In this document: in pieces, positions 1 through 8,831 of the stretch
Layout: every line of letters begins with the position of its first letter
Numbering within the stretch: the first letter of the stretch is position 1
DNA from: an uncultured Candidatus Rokubacteria bacterium
Lineage (GTDB): Bacteria > Methylomirabilota > Methylomirabilia > Rokubacteriales > DASRDR01
NCBI GenBank assembly: GCA_963805625.1
Contig: CAWDVE010000019.1
Location: 320,001 to 384,000, forward strand
Length of the DNA stretch: 64,000 nucleotides
Direction: 5' to 3'
Made by a program: the position numbers and the translations under genes
Notes under the pieces: generated by a model
Databases searched by the model: none
Seen by the model: the letters and a program-made list of their open reading frames with translations, nothing else
Told to the model about the DNA's origin: nothing

Positions 1-359
1 GCCTCGCGTGCCCGGCCCGCCTCGCCGGCTTCGCGGAACCCCGCAGAGATCACCACCGCGCCGCGCACGCCCTTGGTGACACATTCCTTCAGGGCCGGCA
101 GGACGGCGGGCGCCGGCACTGCGATCACTGCGAGGTCAACCGGGCCGTCGATCGCGAGGAGCGACGCGGTCGCGGGCAGCCCCTGGACGACGTCCCCCCG
201 GGGATTCACGGGCCAGATCCGCCCCTCGAACCCCGCCGCCCGCAGGTTCGCGACGACGCTCCCGCCGACCTTCGTCGGGTCGCGCGAGGCTCCCACGATG
301 GCGATGCTGCGCGGGTCGAAGAAGGCCGCGAGGTCCCCAGGAGCTGGGGCGCCACTCAT
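1..359 (-). CDS. Acetate--CoA ligase (ADP-forming)/Pat-family protein, N-terminal CoA-binding part (runs off window start)
   Basis: Not in ORF track. Manual translation from ATG at 359: MSGAPAPGDLAAFFDPRSIAIVGASRDPTKVGGSVVANL...IWPVNP...VDLAVIAVPA...GAVVISAGFRE, the typical CoA-binding domain of this family. Confidence 0.85.
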   Translation of the reverse strand, partial: MSGAPAPGDLAAFFDPRSIAIVGASRDPTKVGGSVVANLRAAGFEGRIWPVNPRGDVVQGLPATASLLAIDGPVDLAVIAVPAPAVLPALKECVTKGVRGAVVISAGFREAGEAGRARE

Positions 360-384
360 TGGCGTCGCGGTACCGATCGGTCGC

Positions 385-2046
385 TCACCAAATCCGGAAG
401 CCAGGCGCGTTGAGCGGGGTGGTGGCGATCAGGTGGGCGAGGGACGGGCCGTAGGCGATGAGGATCAGCACGGCCGCGAGCGCGAGCCACGGCCGCCAGC
501 GGTCGAGAATGGCCGGCGCGTGGTCCGGCCCGGAGAGCGCCTCCGCGAAGCGCGGCATCTCGGGGGCCGGGCCGCGCGACCACACGAGTGTGCCCACGAT
601 GTTGAGGAAGTAGAGAAGGGCACTCACGAACAGCCCAGTGCCTGCGATCCCTACCCACATGAGATCCCAGTGCCACTCGGGGCGGACGTACGGAGCGGCA
701 CTCAGCATCGTGCGCCGCGGCGCACCCAGGAGGCCAAGGTTGTGCTGGGCGTGCGAGAAGACCGTCATCGCGACGAACCAGAGCCAGGCTTGGACGAGCG
801 CCAGGCGACGGCTCCAGAGGGCGCGGCCCCGAAGGGCCGGAACCAGCCAGTAAGTGATGCCCATGAACGACAGGGTGACGGCGGTGCCCACCGTCAGGTG
901 AAGATGGCCCGGGATCCAGGCCGTATTGTGGACGACCAGATTCAGGTTGTACGAGGCGTTGATGAGGCCACCCACCCCGCCGAAGACGAAGAGGAGCATC
1001 GCCAGAACCTGCGCGGCGACAGACGGGTCGCCCCAGGGCAGCTTCCCGAACCAGGCCACCCAGCCACGGCCCCCGCGTGTGCGAGCTCCGCTCTCGAGTG
1101 AAGCGACGACGTTGAAGAACGTGAGGAGGCTCGGGAAGAAGACCGCGAACGTGAGGAAGGCATGGACCAGCTTCCACAGGCGATGGATACCTGGATCGGC
1201 GTACTGGTGGTGGAACCCCAGCGGGGTGGAGAGGACCAGGAACAGGATGAACGACGTGCGGGCGAGCGGATCGCTGAAGAGCTTGCCGCCTGCCTGGCGG
1301 GGCACGAGGGTATACCAGGAGATGTAGGCCGGCAGCAGCCAGAAGTAGACGATCGGATGTCCCGTGAACCAGAAGAGCGCACGCGCCAGGAGCGGGTCCG
1401 TACCGCTGACGAGCCCCAGCGACCACGGGATGAGCATGAACAGCATCTCGCTGGCGATTCCCACCGACGCGATCGACCACATGGCAAACGTCACCATCCC
1501 CATGAAGGCCGCCAGGGGGGTGCGTTGCCCGGGATTCCGCGCACGCCAGGCGCGGAGCGTCAGCGCCAGGTTCAGGGTGACCAGCCACGTGCCGACGACG
1601 ACCAAGGTCAGGCCGACGTAGAAGGCCCAGTGTGCCTTGAGGGGCGGGTAGAAGGTGAACATTACGCTGGCGGCGTTGCCCACGAGCGGAATGGCCGCGA
1701 GCACGAGCCCACCCGTCATCAGCCAGAACGTGCGCCAGGCGAGCGGTCGGCTCCAGAGCGGGCGCTCGAGGGCCTTCGCGACCAGGAGCGGCACGAATCC
1801 GCAGATGAAGAACGTAGTGAAGACGAGCACGTTGAGGACGCCGTGCAGCGTGAGGCCATGGTAGTACGATCGGATCACCGGCGAGAGGGCCGGATAGAGA
1901 TTCACCCCCGCGTGCTCGAGGGCTTGGAGAAGGCCCACCGTCACTCCCCCGAAGAGCGCCACGAGGGCCACCGTCAGGTTGGCGCCAGCCGCCTGACGCT
2001 CAGCGGAGAGGTCGAGGACTGCCTCGGGCGACGCGGCGGGAGTCAT
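385..2046 (-). CDS. cbaA: Cytochrome c oxidase subunit I, ba3/B-family
   Basis: Polytopic membrane protein with [28 protein letters not shown] and [11 protein letters not shown] motifs; ATG at 2046 overlaps the cbaB stop. Confidence 0.93.
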   Translation of the reverse strand: MTPAASPEAVLDLSAERQAAGANLTVALVALFGGVTVGLLQALEHAGVNLYPALSPVIRSYYHGLTLHGVLNVLVFTTFFICGFVPLLVAKALERPLWSRPLAWRTFWLMTGGLVLAAIPLVGNAASVMFTFYPPLKAHWAFYVGLTLVVVGTWLVTLNLALTLRAWRARNPGQRTPLAAFMGMVTFAMWSIASVGIASEMLFMLIPWSLGLVSGTDPLLARALFWFTGHPIVYFWLLPAYISWYTLVPRQAGGKLFSDPLARTSFILFLVLSTPLGFHHQYADPGIHRLWKLVHAFLTFAVFFPSLLTFFNVVASLESGARTRGGRGWVAWFGKLPWGDPSVAAQVLAMLLFVFGGVGGLINASYNLNLVVHNTAWIPGHLHLTVGTAVTLSFMGITYWLVPALRGRALWSRRLALVQAWLWFVAMTVFSHAQHNLGLLGAPRRTMLSAAPYVRPEWHWDLMWVGIAGTGLFVSALLYFLNIVGTLVWSRGPAPEMPRFAEALSGPDHAPAILDRWRPWLALAAVLILIAYGPSLAHLIATTPLNAPGFRIW

Positions 2047-2531
2047 GGCCGGGCCTCCACGATCACCTTGCCCCACATCGTGTGGTGCGCAATCCCGCAA
2101 TACTCGTGGCAGACGAACGGGTATTCTCCGGGACGGTCGAAGCGGGCCGTCACGCGCGCGATCTGGCCCGGGAGCAGCATCACGTTGACGTTGTGCCGGT
2201 CGACATGGAGACCGTGGACGACGTCCCGGCTCGTGGCGACGAACGTTACCGTCGAGCCCGCCGGCACGCGGACCTCGTTCGGCGTGAAGCTCCAGATGCC
2301 GGCAACCATCCGGACCTCGAAGCGATCGGGGCCGGTCTGGACCACGCCGGGTTGGTCGAACGGTGGCGTTTGCGCGACCTTCGTGACATCAATGCGCCCG
2401 GCGTCGCTTGGGAGGTGGATTCCGACGCCGAAGGCAGTGACAGCCAGCGCCACCAGCATCCCGACCGGGATGGCGATGCTGGGGAGGATCCATGCCAGCT
2501 CGTACAGGTAGACGGTCGTGCCCTGCTTCAT
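2043..2531 (-). CDS. cbaB: Cytochrome c oxidase subunit II (CuA), ba3-type
   Basis: One TM helix plus DVVHG and [12 protein letters not shown] CuA motif; RBS GAGGAG before ATG 2531. Confidence 0.93.
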   Translation of the reverse strand: MKQGTTVYLYELAWILPSIAIPVGMLVALAVTAFGVGIHLPSDAGRIDVTKVAQTPPFDQPGVVQTGPDRFEVRMVAGIWSFTPNEVRVPAGSTVTFVATSRDVVHGLHVDRHNVNVMLLPGQIARVTARFDRPGEYPFVCHEYCGIAHHTMWGKVIVEARP

Positions 2532-2539
2532 CTCGCTCC

Positions 2540-2647
2540 TCACCGGGTCCAGAGCTTGAGGTAGAGGTTGGTCCACATGAAGGCGAGCAGGGCGAGGTAG
2601 ACGAGCATGAAGAGCAACGCCCCCTTCGGATGGTCGTTCTCGTTCAC
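2540..2647 (-). CDS. cbaD: Cytochrome ba3 oxidase subunit IIa (35 aa)
   Basis: GTG start after AAAGGAGG; MNENDHPKGALLFMLVYLALLAFMWTNLYLKLWTR is a single helix with PKGAL motif directly upstream of cbaB. Confidence 0.85.
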   Translation of the reverse strand: MNENDHPKGALLFMLVYLALLAFMWTNLYLKLWTR

Positions 2648-2684
2648 GTGCTCCCTCCTTTCGGGTTGGGTGCCTGCGGTAGAG

Positions 2685-2700
2685 AGCATCCAGAATGCCA
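2685..2700 (-). promoter_or_regulatory. Sigma-54 -24/-12 promoter for cbaDBA
   Basis: TGGCAT-TCTGG-ATGCT on the minus strand, just upstream of the cbaD RBS. Confidence 0.75.
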
Positions 2701-2780
2701 TAGGAAGCGCCCCGGGTTGGTCCCGGGCTGGAATGAAGGGGAAGCCGGGATATGACAAGCGATGCGAGGCTGTCGGTCGG

Positions 2781-2817
2781 CGGGGATGCCGCTTCGGAGA
2801 GGGGCGGCGCCGTCCCC
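2781..2817. promoter_or_regulatory. Degenerate tandem enhancer boxes
   Basis: CGGGGA-TGCCGC-TTCGGA (2781) and AGGGGC-GGCGCC-GTCCCC (2800). Confidence 0.4.
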
Positions 2818-3018
2818 TGCGCCCGGTCGCTCCAAGGGATTCGGCTTCGACAAGCTGGTGCTGGTCCTCGCGATCGGACGCGGGGACTTCCGGCGGACCG
2901 CGGGCCTCGGACTCGGCGTCCTGACCGCTGCGAGTCTCGCGGCGCTCCTGGGCCTCCGTCCGGGATCCTGATTCCTGCAAAGTTGGGATGCGTTCTCGAA
3001 CGCGCGCCCGTGGCCCAG

Positions 3019-3921
3019 TCACCGCGACGCTTCGCCGGGCGGGGCGCCCGGCGTCGATCGCGCCCGGAGGTAGACGAACCAGTAAACCAGACCGACCAGG
3101 ACCGCGCCGCCGATGACGTTGCCGATCGTCACGGGCAGGAGGTTTCGGCTCAGGAAGGCGTTCCACGAGAGGGCCTGACTCGAGGGGGCCTGCGCGCCGA
3201 CCGTGGCGGCGAAGAGCGGGTCCAGGCGGGTGATCAGCAGGCCCAGCGGAACGAAGTACATATTAGCGACGGAGTGCTCGAAGCCCGCCGCCACGAAGGC
3301 GCTGATCGGCGGCACGATGGCCAGGATGCGGTCGGCCGTCGTTCGGGCGGAGAGCGTCAGCCAGACGGCCAGGCAGACCAGCGTATTGCAGAGCACGCCG
3401 AGCGCCACGGCCTGCGTGAAGCCGAGCTCGACCTTGGCGTGTGCGATGGCGAGGGCGGTGACCCCGAAAGCGCCGCCTCCGGCGCGATGCACGCCGCCGA
3501 GATAGACCAGCGCGGCCGTGGCAACCGCCCCCGCCAAATTTCCGGCGAAGACGATCAGCCAGTTGCGCAGGAGCGCCCGGGTGGATACTCCCCCGCTGGC
3601 CCATGCCATGACGATCAGATTGTTTCCGGTGAAAAGCTCGGCCCCGCCCACCACGACGAGGATAAGGCCGACGCTGAATGCCACGCCGGCGAGAACCCGG
3701 ACGGCACCCCAGGGAGCCGAGCCAGCTCCGGCCAGCGCGGTGGTGGCGAAGACCCCGCCGAGCGCGATGAACGCCCCGGCGAGGACCGCAAGCACGAAGG
3801 TGGTGACGGCGTCCATGCCGCACTTCCGCACACCCACTTCCTCGGCCCGGCGCGCCATCTCGGACGGCAGGAGCGCGTCGATCTGCGAGACGCCGCCCGA
3901 CGTCTCATCTGGCGGCCTCAT
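3019..3921 (-). CDS. Formate/nitrite transporter (FNT/FocA family)
   Basis: LAGAFIALG, GAELFTGN, LCNTLVCLAVW, GFEHSVANM and VTIGNVIGG motifs. Confidence 0.93.
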   Translation of the reverse strand: MRPPDETSGGVSQIDALLPSEMARRAEEVGVRKCGMDAVTTFVLAVLAGAFIALGGVFATTALAGAGSAPWGAVRVLAGVAFSVGLILVVVGGAELFTGNNLIVMAWASGGVSTRALLRNWLIVFAGNLAGAVATAALVYLGGVHRAGGGAFGVTALAIAHAKVELGFTQAVALGVLCNTLVCLAVWLTLSARTTADRILAIVPPISAFVAAGFEHSVANMYFVPLGLLITRLDPLFAATVGAQAPSSQALSWNAFLSRNLLPVTIGNVIGGAVLVGLVYWFVYLRARSTPGAPPGEASR

Positions 3922-3932
3922 GATCGCCGGTC

Positions 3933-4358
3933 TCAGGCCTTGAGGAGGGCCATGATGTCCCGCCGCGTAACGACTCCGACCACCACCTTTCCGCCCGCCG
4001 CGTCGTTCACGACTGGAATGGTGCGGATGCGGTAGTCCACCATCAGGGCCATCGCCCTAATCGCCGGCTCGACCGGATACAGTGTGATCACGCTCGAGCT
4101 CATGATGGCGCCGACCGAGGAGGCCCAGGCGTTCTCCAGGGCAGGGACGAACTGAGGATAGGGCAGGAGGTGGAGCTTGAAGAGGTCCAGTTGCGTCACG
4201 ATTCCCTGGAGAGTCCTGAGGTCGTTCACGACGGGCAAGCCGTTGTACTCGTACTCGGCGAAGAGCCTTGTCAGCTCATCGATCGATGTCTCCGGCTTTA
4301 CGGTGAGAGCCGGCGTGGACATAAGGTCGCCGACGGGGACCCCGATGATTCTGCGCAT
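3933..4358 (-). CDS. CBS-domain pair protein
   Basis: Two CBS repeats (GLPVV..GIVTQLDL; TIPVV..GVVTRRDI). Confidence 0.9.
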   Translation of the reverse strand: MRRIIGVPVGDLMSTPALTVKPETSIDELTRLFAEYEYNGLPVVNDLRTLQGIVTQLDLFKLHLLPYPQFVPALENAWASSVGAIMSSSVITLYPVEPAIRAMALMVDYRIRTIPVVNDAAGGKVVVGVVTRRDIMALLKA

Positions 4359-4421
4359 GGATGTTCCCTCCGGGCGGCGGCCGCGTCCCGACCTGCCTCC
4401 GCCGGCGCCGACGCGCCTCGG

Positions 4422-4877
4422 TCACGGGTAGGAGATCACGATGTCCAGTTCGGGGCTCTCGGACACTTCGGCCCCCGCGATGTGACGCAGAACGTCGATC
4501 TCGGTGAGCATCCCAACGACGCGGTGGCCCTGGATCACGGGCAGGCAGCCCACCTTCTCCTGCCGCATCCGCTCGGCGGCTTCCGCCACCTCGGCCGAGG
4601 CCGTGACGCTGCGCACGGGCGCCGACATGACATCGCGGATCGGCGCGTCTCGCAGGAGCGTGCTGACAGGTACCTGGCCGATCTGTCGATAGACGGTGGC
4701 ACCGAACAGGTAGTGGCGGAGATCGCGGTCGGTGACGAGGCCGACGAGCGTGCCCCCCGAGTCGAGCACGGGCAAGTGACGGACCTTCCGCTGACACATC
4801 CGATTGACGGCCTCGAGGCACGTCGCGGCGTCCTCGATTGTGACCACATTCCGGCTCATCAGATCACTGACTCGCAT
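4422..4877 (-). CDS. CBS-domain pair protein
   Basis: VRHLPVLD..GLVTDRDL; VGCLPVI..GMLTEIDVL; RBS GGAGG. Confidence 0.9.
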   Translation of the reverse strand: MRVSDLMSRNVVTIEDAATCLEAVNRMCQRKVRHLPVLDSGGTLVGLVTDRDLRHYLFGATVYRQIGQVPVSTLLRDAPIRDVMSAPVRSVTASAEVAEAAERMRQEKVGCLPVIQGHRVVGMLTEIDVLRHIAGAEVSESPELDIVISYP

Positions 4878-4979
4878 TGCCTGGCCTCCGGGGTGTCAGT
4901 CAATCACTGGCGGATGGCATGCGCCCGTTGGACGAGGAGCCGGACGCACCCGCAGAATTGGTGCGGCGCTCGCGACACG

Positions 4980-5453
4980 CTACTCTCGCTCCTCGGTCGG
5001 AGGAATGGCGTGCATGGCTGGCGTCCGGATCAAGAGTACGGGCACCGGGGAGGCGCGAAGGACGGATTCAGCGATGGACCCGAACAGAGCGCGGCTGAGA
5101 CCGGACCGGCCATGGGTTGTCATGGCAACGAGGTCGACGGCACTCGTCTGGATGACGCTCAGGATCGCCTCGGCCGGCGGACCCAGAGCGATCCGCGTCC
5201 GAACACGAAGCCCCTTCTTGGACAGCCGTCGCTCCACGTCGTGGAGGTAGCGTTTCGCCTCCATCTCGCGGACCGCAAATGTGTCCGGTGCGACAACGCC
5301 GGCTAGCGCAATCGCCTCGGCGGCGGAGACCGCCTCGACGACACGCACAAGGACAACCTCCGCCTCCAGCGGGCCCGCCACCTGCTCGACGAAAGGCAGG
5401 ATGGCCTCGGCCAGCTCGGAACCATCGAGGGGAATCAGCACGCGCTTGTACAT
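4980..5453 (-). CDS. Universal stress protein
   Basis: MYKRVLIPLDGS ... THGRSG..LFGSIAESVLR; RBS GGAGG. Confidence 0.92.
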   Translation of the reverse strand: MYKRVLIPLDGSELAEAILPFVEQVAGPLEAEVVLVRVVEAVSAAEAIALAGVVAPDTFAVREMEAKRYLHDVERRLSKKGLRVRTRIALGPPAEAILSVIQTSAVDLVAMTTHGRSGLSRALFGSIAESVLRASPVPVLLIRTPAMHAIPPTEERE

Positions 5454-5503
5454 AGCACCTCCCAATCGCGGCGGCGTCTACTCTCGCAACCGACCTGCCT
5501 ACG

Positions 5504-5519
5504 TGCAACCCGGATGCCC
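5504..5519 (-). promoter_or_regulatory. Sigma-54 promoter for USP-CBS-CBS-FNT
   Basis: GGGCAT-CCGGG-TTGCA. Confidence 0.7.
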
Positions 5520-5597
5520 TTCCGTCGATGTGGCAGGAACAGGCCGAGTTCTGGGGCTCAGCCGGGCCGCCAATCCCCTCCGGCGGACGGCCGGTGG

Positions 5598-5635
5598 TGG
5601 GGCGACGACGCCCCGGTTCGGGCGACGGCGCCCCA
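5598..5635. promoter_or_regulatory. Tandem enhancer boxes
   Basis: TGGGGC-GACGAC-GCCCCG (5598) and TCGGGC-GACGGC-GCCCCA (5618), 20-bp period. Confidence 0.7.
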
Positions 5636-5928
5636 CGGCGAGCCCGACGATCGCAAGGCCCCCGGCCACGGCCAGGCTCCACCATCCCGTGTGGAAGAGC
5701 AGCCACCCACACATGAGAAACGCCAGCGAGGGCAGAATCAGGTCCAACAGCCGTCGAGCGAGGCGAGATGGGCATCTCCATCAGCTCGGCCATTCGCGGT
5801 CCGAACCGCGGAACGGCCCAGAGGATGCGGATGGGGCCGAGGACGAAGCCTGCCACGAACACGATCGCGAAATAGAGCGTGCTCGCCTTCAGGGTGTGCA
5901 CGGCCGGGTGCGACTCAGATCTGCTCAT
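5636..5928 (-). pseudogene. Disrupted small membrane protein(s)
   Basis: LYFAIVFVAGFVLGPIRILWAVPRFGPRMAELMEMPI breaks off near 5770; another hydrophobic stretch (LILPSLAFLMCGWLLFHTGWWSLAVAGGLAIVGLAVG) follows in a different frame. Confidence 0.5.
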
Positions 5929-6025
5929 CCGGCTCGCTGGACTGGGGCAAGCCGCGTGCTGGCTGGACTCGAGGATCCGTCGCAGCAGAGCGCCGGAAGG
6001 TCCGCGGCCTGGAGCGAAACCCGCG

Positions 6026-6229
6026 CTATCGCTTCTTGAACTTCGGCTTCGCGGCTGGCCAGCGCGCACGCGTGTCCTGGGCCGGCTGGAGCAACATGGT
6101 GTCCTTTCGCACCGCGGCCGTCGCCGTCTTCTGTCGACGGCGCACCCGCGGGGCGATCGGGCTCGGCTCGGGCGGCCGGCCGGACTTCTTCGACCGGGTG
6201 GGTTTGATCGGGCTTCCCCGGCGCGGCAT
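6026..6229 (-). CDS. Small basic hypothetical protein (67 aa), paralog of 35790..35993
   Basis: RBS AGGAG; 34/67 ungapped identities (hand count) to the second copy. Confidence 0.75.
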   Translation of the reverse strand: MPRRGSPIKPTRSKKSGRPPEPSPIAPRVRRRQKTATAAVRKDTMLLQPAQDTRARWPAAKPKFKKR

Positions 6230-6247
6230 GGTCAGTTCTCCTGTGGT

Positions 6248-6692
6248 CTAGTGACCCCGGACCGTCAGAACCGGGCAGGGGGCGAAGCGGACGACGCGCT
6301 CGGCGACGCTGCCGAGGAGAACCTTCGACACGCCCATGCGCCGTGAGTTCCGATCACGATCAAGTCCGCGCGCATTCGCCGGCGTCGCGCGGGACCTGCT
6401 CGTGTGGTAGGCCGTCGAGCCGGATGCCCGTCGTCCGGGCGCCGGCCTTCTTCGCGCGCGCGGTGAGCGCCGCCAGCTGCTTCTTTGCGTGATCGTGGGC
6501 GCCCCGGTCGCTCGCCTCGTACGTCGAGGGCGACACGAAGCCCTCGCCGAAGGGGACGACCAGCGGCGACACCGCATGAGCGATCGACAGCCTTGCGCGA
6601 TCTTGCCTGGCGAGCGCGATGGCCCGGGCCGGCGCCGGACGTGAGGCTTGGGAGAAATCCGTCGCGAGCAGGATCTGTCGGAAGACTCTCAT
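6248..6692 (-). pseudogene. Frameshifted universal stress protein
   Basis: QILLATDFS...LPHEQ, then ADLIVIGTHG and GVSKVLLGSVAERVVR in two other frames; close paralog of the intact USP 33846..34292. Confidence 0.8.
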
Positions 6693-7165
6693 GACGTCTC
6701 CCGGGCGTTGGGCTGGCTGCTCGGGGGCTGAACGGGAGCGCCCTCCGCCCTGAGCAACAAAATGGGGGTGGTGGTGCCGCGCAGGACCGACTCCGCCACG
6801 CTCCCGAGGAGGAGTCGCCCCAGACCGCTCCGCCCGTGGGTGGTCATCACGATCTCGTCAGCCTTACGGACCCGGGCCGCCTCCACGATCGCATAAGCGG
6901 CGGGACCGTACCAAACCGCTGTCTCGACCTTGACGTGACCCTGCCGGGCCAGGCGCTTCTGGATCTCGGCGAGGTAAGCTTCCGCCTCGCTCACTACTCT
7001 CACCTGGGCCTCGGTGGGATCGACCCCGGGTAGTGTCTGGGCCTGGGCCGCCCGGAGCAGGAGGATGTGGGCACCGGACACCTCCGCCAGCTCCACAGCC
7101 TTCGGCAGGGCCGCCTCGGCCAGGGCCGAGCCGTCGAGGGGAACGAGGATGGTGCCGAACTTCAT
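6689..7165 (-). CDS. Universal stress protein
   Basis: MKFGTILVPLDGS ... THGRSGLGRLLLGSVAESVLR. Confidence 0.92.
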   Translation of the reverse strand: MKFGTILVPLDGSALAEAALPKAVELAEVSGAHILLLRAAQAQTLPGVDPTEAQVRVVSEAEAYLAEIQKRLARQGHVKVETAVWYGPAAYAIVEAARVRKADEIVMTTHGRSGLGRLLLGSVAESVLRGTTTPILLLRAEGAPVQPPSSQPNARETS

Positions 7166-7179
7166 GCTGGACTGCGCTC

Positions 7180-7521
7180 TCAGGGGAGCGAGGCCAGGAA
7201 GGCCGCGAGGGCGCTCGCCTCGGCCTCGCTCAGCTCGAGATTCGGCATGTGGCGAGTCGGCTCCTGGGCGGCAGGGTCGCGCAACCACCGCGCCAGGGTC
7301 GCTTCCGGATACCGGGCGGCCGCGCGCCGGAGGTCCGAGGCGATGGGTGTCCCCGCGGCCCCGATCGTGTGACAGCCATAGCAGCCCTTGTCGGCGAAGA
7401 GCCGCCGTCCCTCGGTGACGAGCGCCTCCCGGCTCTGGGCATCGAGCCGGTCGCCGACGAGACCGAGACCCGACGCCAGCAGCCAGATCAGAGCGATGCC
7501 TGCGATTCCCGGTCGCGCCAT
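7180..7521 (-). CDS. Secreted monoheme class I cytochrome c
   Basis: Signal peptide, CYGCH heme motif, distal Met in HMP; TGATG coupling to the upstream gene. Confidence 0.88.
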   Translation of the reverse strand: MARPGIAGIALIWLLASGLGLVGDRLDAQSREALVTEGRRLFADKGCYGCHTIGAAGTPIASDLRRAAARYPEATLARWLRDPAAQEPTRHMPNLELSEAEASALAAFLASLP

Positions 7522-8159
7522 CAACCCCGCCAGATTCCCCGGGCGGTGAACCCCCGGGCCTCGAGCGCCCAGATCACCGGAGCCGGGTTGATCGTACGGA
7601 CGCGGATGACGGCCTCCTTGAGGCCGCCGCCGCAGGGCAGGGTCACCAGGCTCGAGATATCGCCGCCAGCGGCCTCGACCGTCTGCACGATCTCGGCGAG
7701 CCCGTGCGGCCGATCCCCGAAGACGACCTCGAACCGGCTCGATGGTTCCGCGGCGCCCAGGGCCCGCACGAACAGGCGTAGGACGTCCGTTTCCGTCACG
7801 AGCCCGACCAATCGCTCTCCCTCAGTGACCGGCAGCGCGCCGATCTTCTCCATGACCATCGTTCGCGCTGCATCCTCGATGGGAAGCATCGGGCTGGTCC
7901 TGATGACCGCTCGGGTCATGATCTCTCCGACGCGCAGGTGGTCGAGGAGGTACCTGAGCTCGTGGACCTCGAGGCTCGTGGCCGGTGACGCCATGGCCCG
8001 TTTCAGATCACGGTCCGACAGGATGCCCACCAACCGCTCGCCTTCGACCACGGGGAGGTGGCGCACCCCGCGCTGGCCGGTCAGCTGGATCGCCTCGGGA
8101 AGGGTCGTTTCGGGCGTGACCGTGAAGAGCTTCGTCTGCATGACGTCCTGCACAAGCAT
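7521..8159 (-). CDS. CBS-pair + ACT domain protein (AcuB-like)
   Basis: Two CBS repeats followed by ACT-like DRPHGLAEIV..GGDISSL. Confidence 0.88.
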   Translation of the reverse strand: MLVQDVMQTKLFTVTPETTLPEAIQLTGQRGVRHLPVVEGERLVGILSDRDLKRAMASPATSLEVHELRYLLDHLRVGEIMTRAVIRTSPMLPIEDAARTMVMEKIGALPVTEGERLVGLVTETDVLRLFVRALGAAEPSSRFEVVFGDRPHGLAEIVQTVEAAGGDISSLVTLPCGGGLKEAVIRVRTINPAPVIWALEARGFTARGIWRG

Positions 8160-8217
8160 CGGTCACCAACCTCCTGGCCAGCTGGCCCGCGCGATTATCT
8201 TCCCTACGACTACGAAA

Positions 8218-8233
8218 AGCAACGGCGATGCCA
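8218..8233 (-). promoter_or_regulatory. Sigma-54 promoter for AcuB-like/cytochrome c/USP operon
   Basis: TGGCAT-CGCCG-TTGCT. Confidence 0.85.
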
Positions 8234-8287
8234 GTGCGAGTTCGCGTTGGAATCGGGAGTTGGGTCCCCATGTCCGCGGGGGGAGGG

Positions 8288-8324
8288 TGGGGCATGGCGT
8301 GCCCGATGGGGCGGCCGTGCCCCA
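8288..8324. promoter_or_regulatory. Tandem enhancer boxes between divergent sigma-54 promoters
   Basis: TGGGGC-ATGGCG-TGCCCG (8288) and perfect TGGGGC-GGCCGT-GCCCCA (8307). Confidence 0.75.
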
Positions 8325-8387
8325 GGAGCGCAATCCGCTGAGGGTTCGCGCGGGACTGCCTGTCCACATTCCCGCTCCTCCGACACA

Positions 8388-8403
8388 TGGCACCCCGATT
8401 GCT
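8388..8403 (+). promoter_or_regulatory. Sigma-54 promoter for receiver/kinase-like/NtrC operon
   Basis: TGGCAC-CCCGA-TTGCT. Confidence 0.85.
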
Positions 8404-8428
8404 GGGGGTTTCGTCAGGGAGAACGGGG

Positions 8429-8812
8429 TTGACCCGAACCATCTTGGTCGTCGACGACGAGCCCGATCTTGTTGCGAACTGCGAGCGTCTACTCCTGCGA
8501 CTCGGCCATGTATCCCTTCGCGCTCATACTGGAACCGAGGCGCTGGCGCTGATCGACCGGGAGAAGCCGGATCTGGTCGTGTCCGACCTCCGGCTCCCCG
8601 GGGCGGACGGTCTGGCCGTGACGCGCCACGCCCGTCGCCACGTTCCGCCCATACCTGTGATCCTGATCACCGCCTACGACTCTCCGGAGGCGAGGCGGGC
8701 AGCCAGCGAGAGCGGCGCCGAGGTTTACCTCGCCAAGCCCTTCTCCAACGCGACATTCCTCGATGCCGTCCAGCGAGCCCTCACCCCGAGGCCGCCCGAC
8801 GGGGATAGGTGA
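8429..8812 (+). CDS. Stand-alone response regulator receiver
   Basis: ILVVDDEPD, phospho-acceptor SDLRLP, ITAY, LAKPF; TTG start after GGGAG. Confidence 0.9.
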   Translation: MTRTILVVDDEPDLVANCERLLLRLGHVSLRAHTGTEALALIDREKPDLVVSDLRLPGADGLAVTRHARRHVPPIPVILITAYDSPEARRAASESGAEVYLAKPFSNATFLDAVQRALTPRPPDGDR

Positions 8813-8831
8813 GCGCCCTGGCACGCTGGAC

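Noticed and set aside
5485-5500. Second sigma-54-like element AGGCAG-GTCGG-TTGCG
   Set aside because: Weaker than the adjacent site at 5504 and cannot be distinguished from chance
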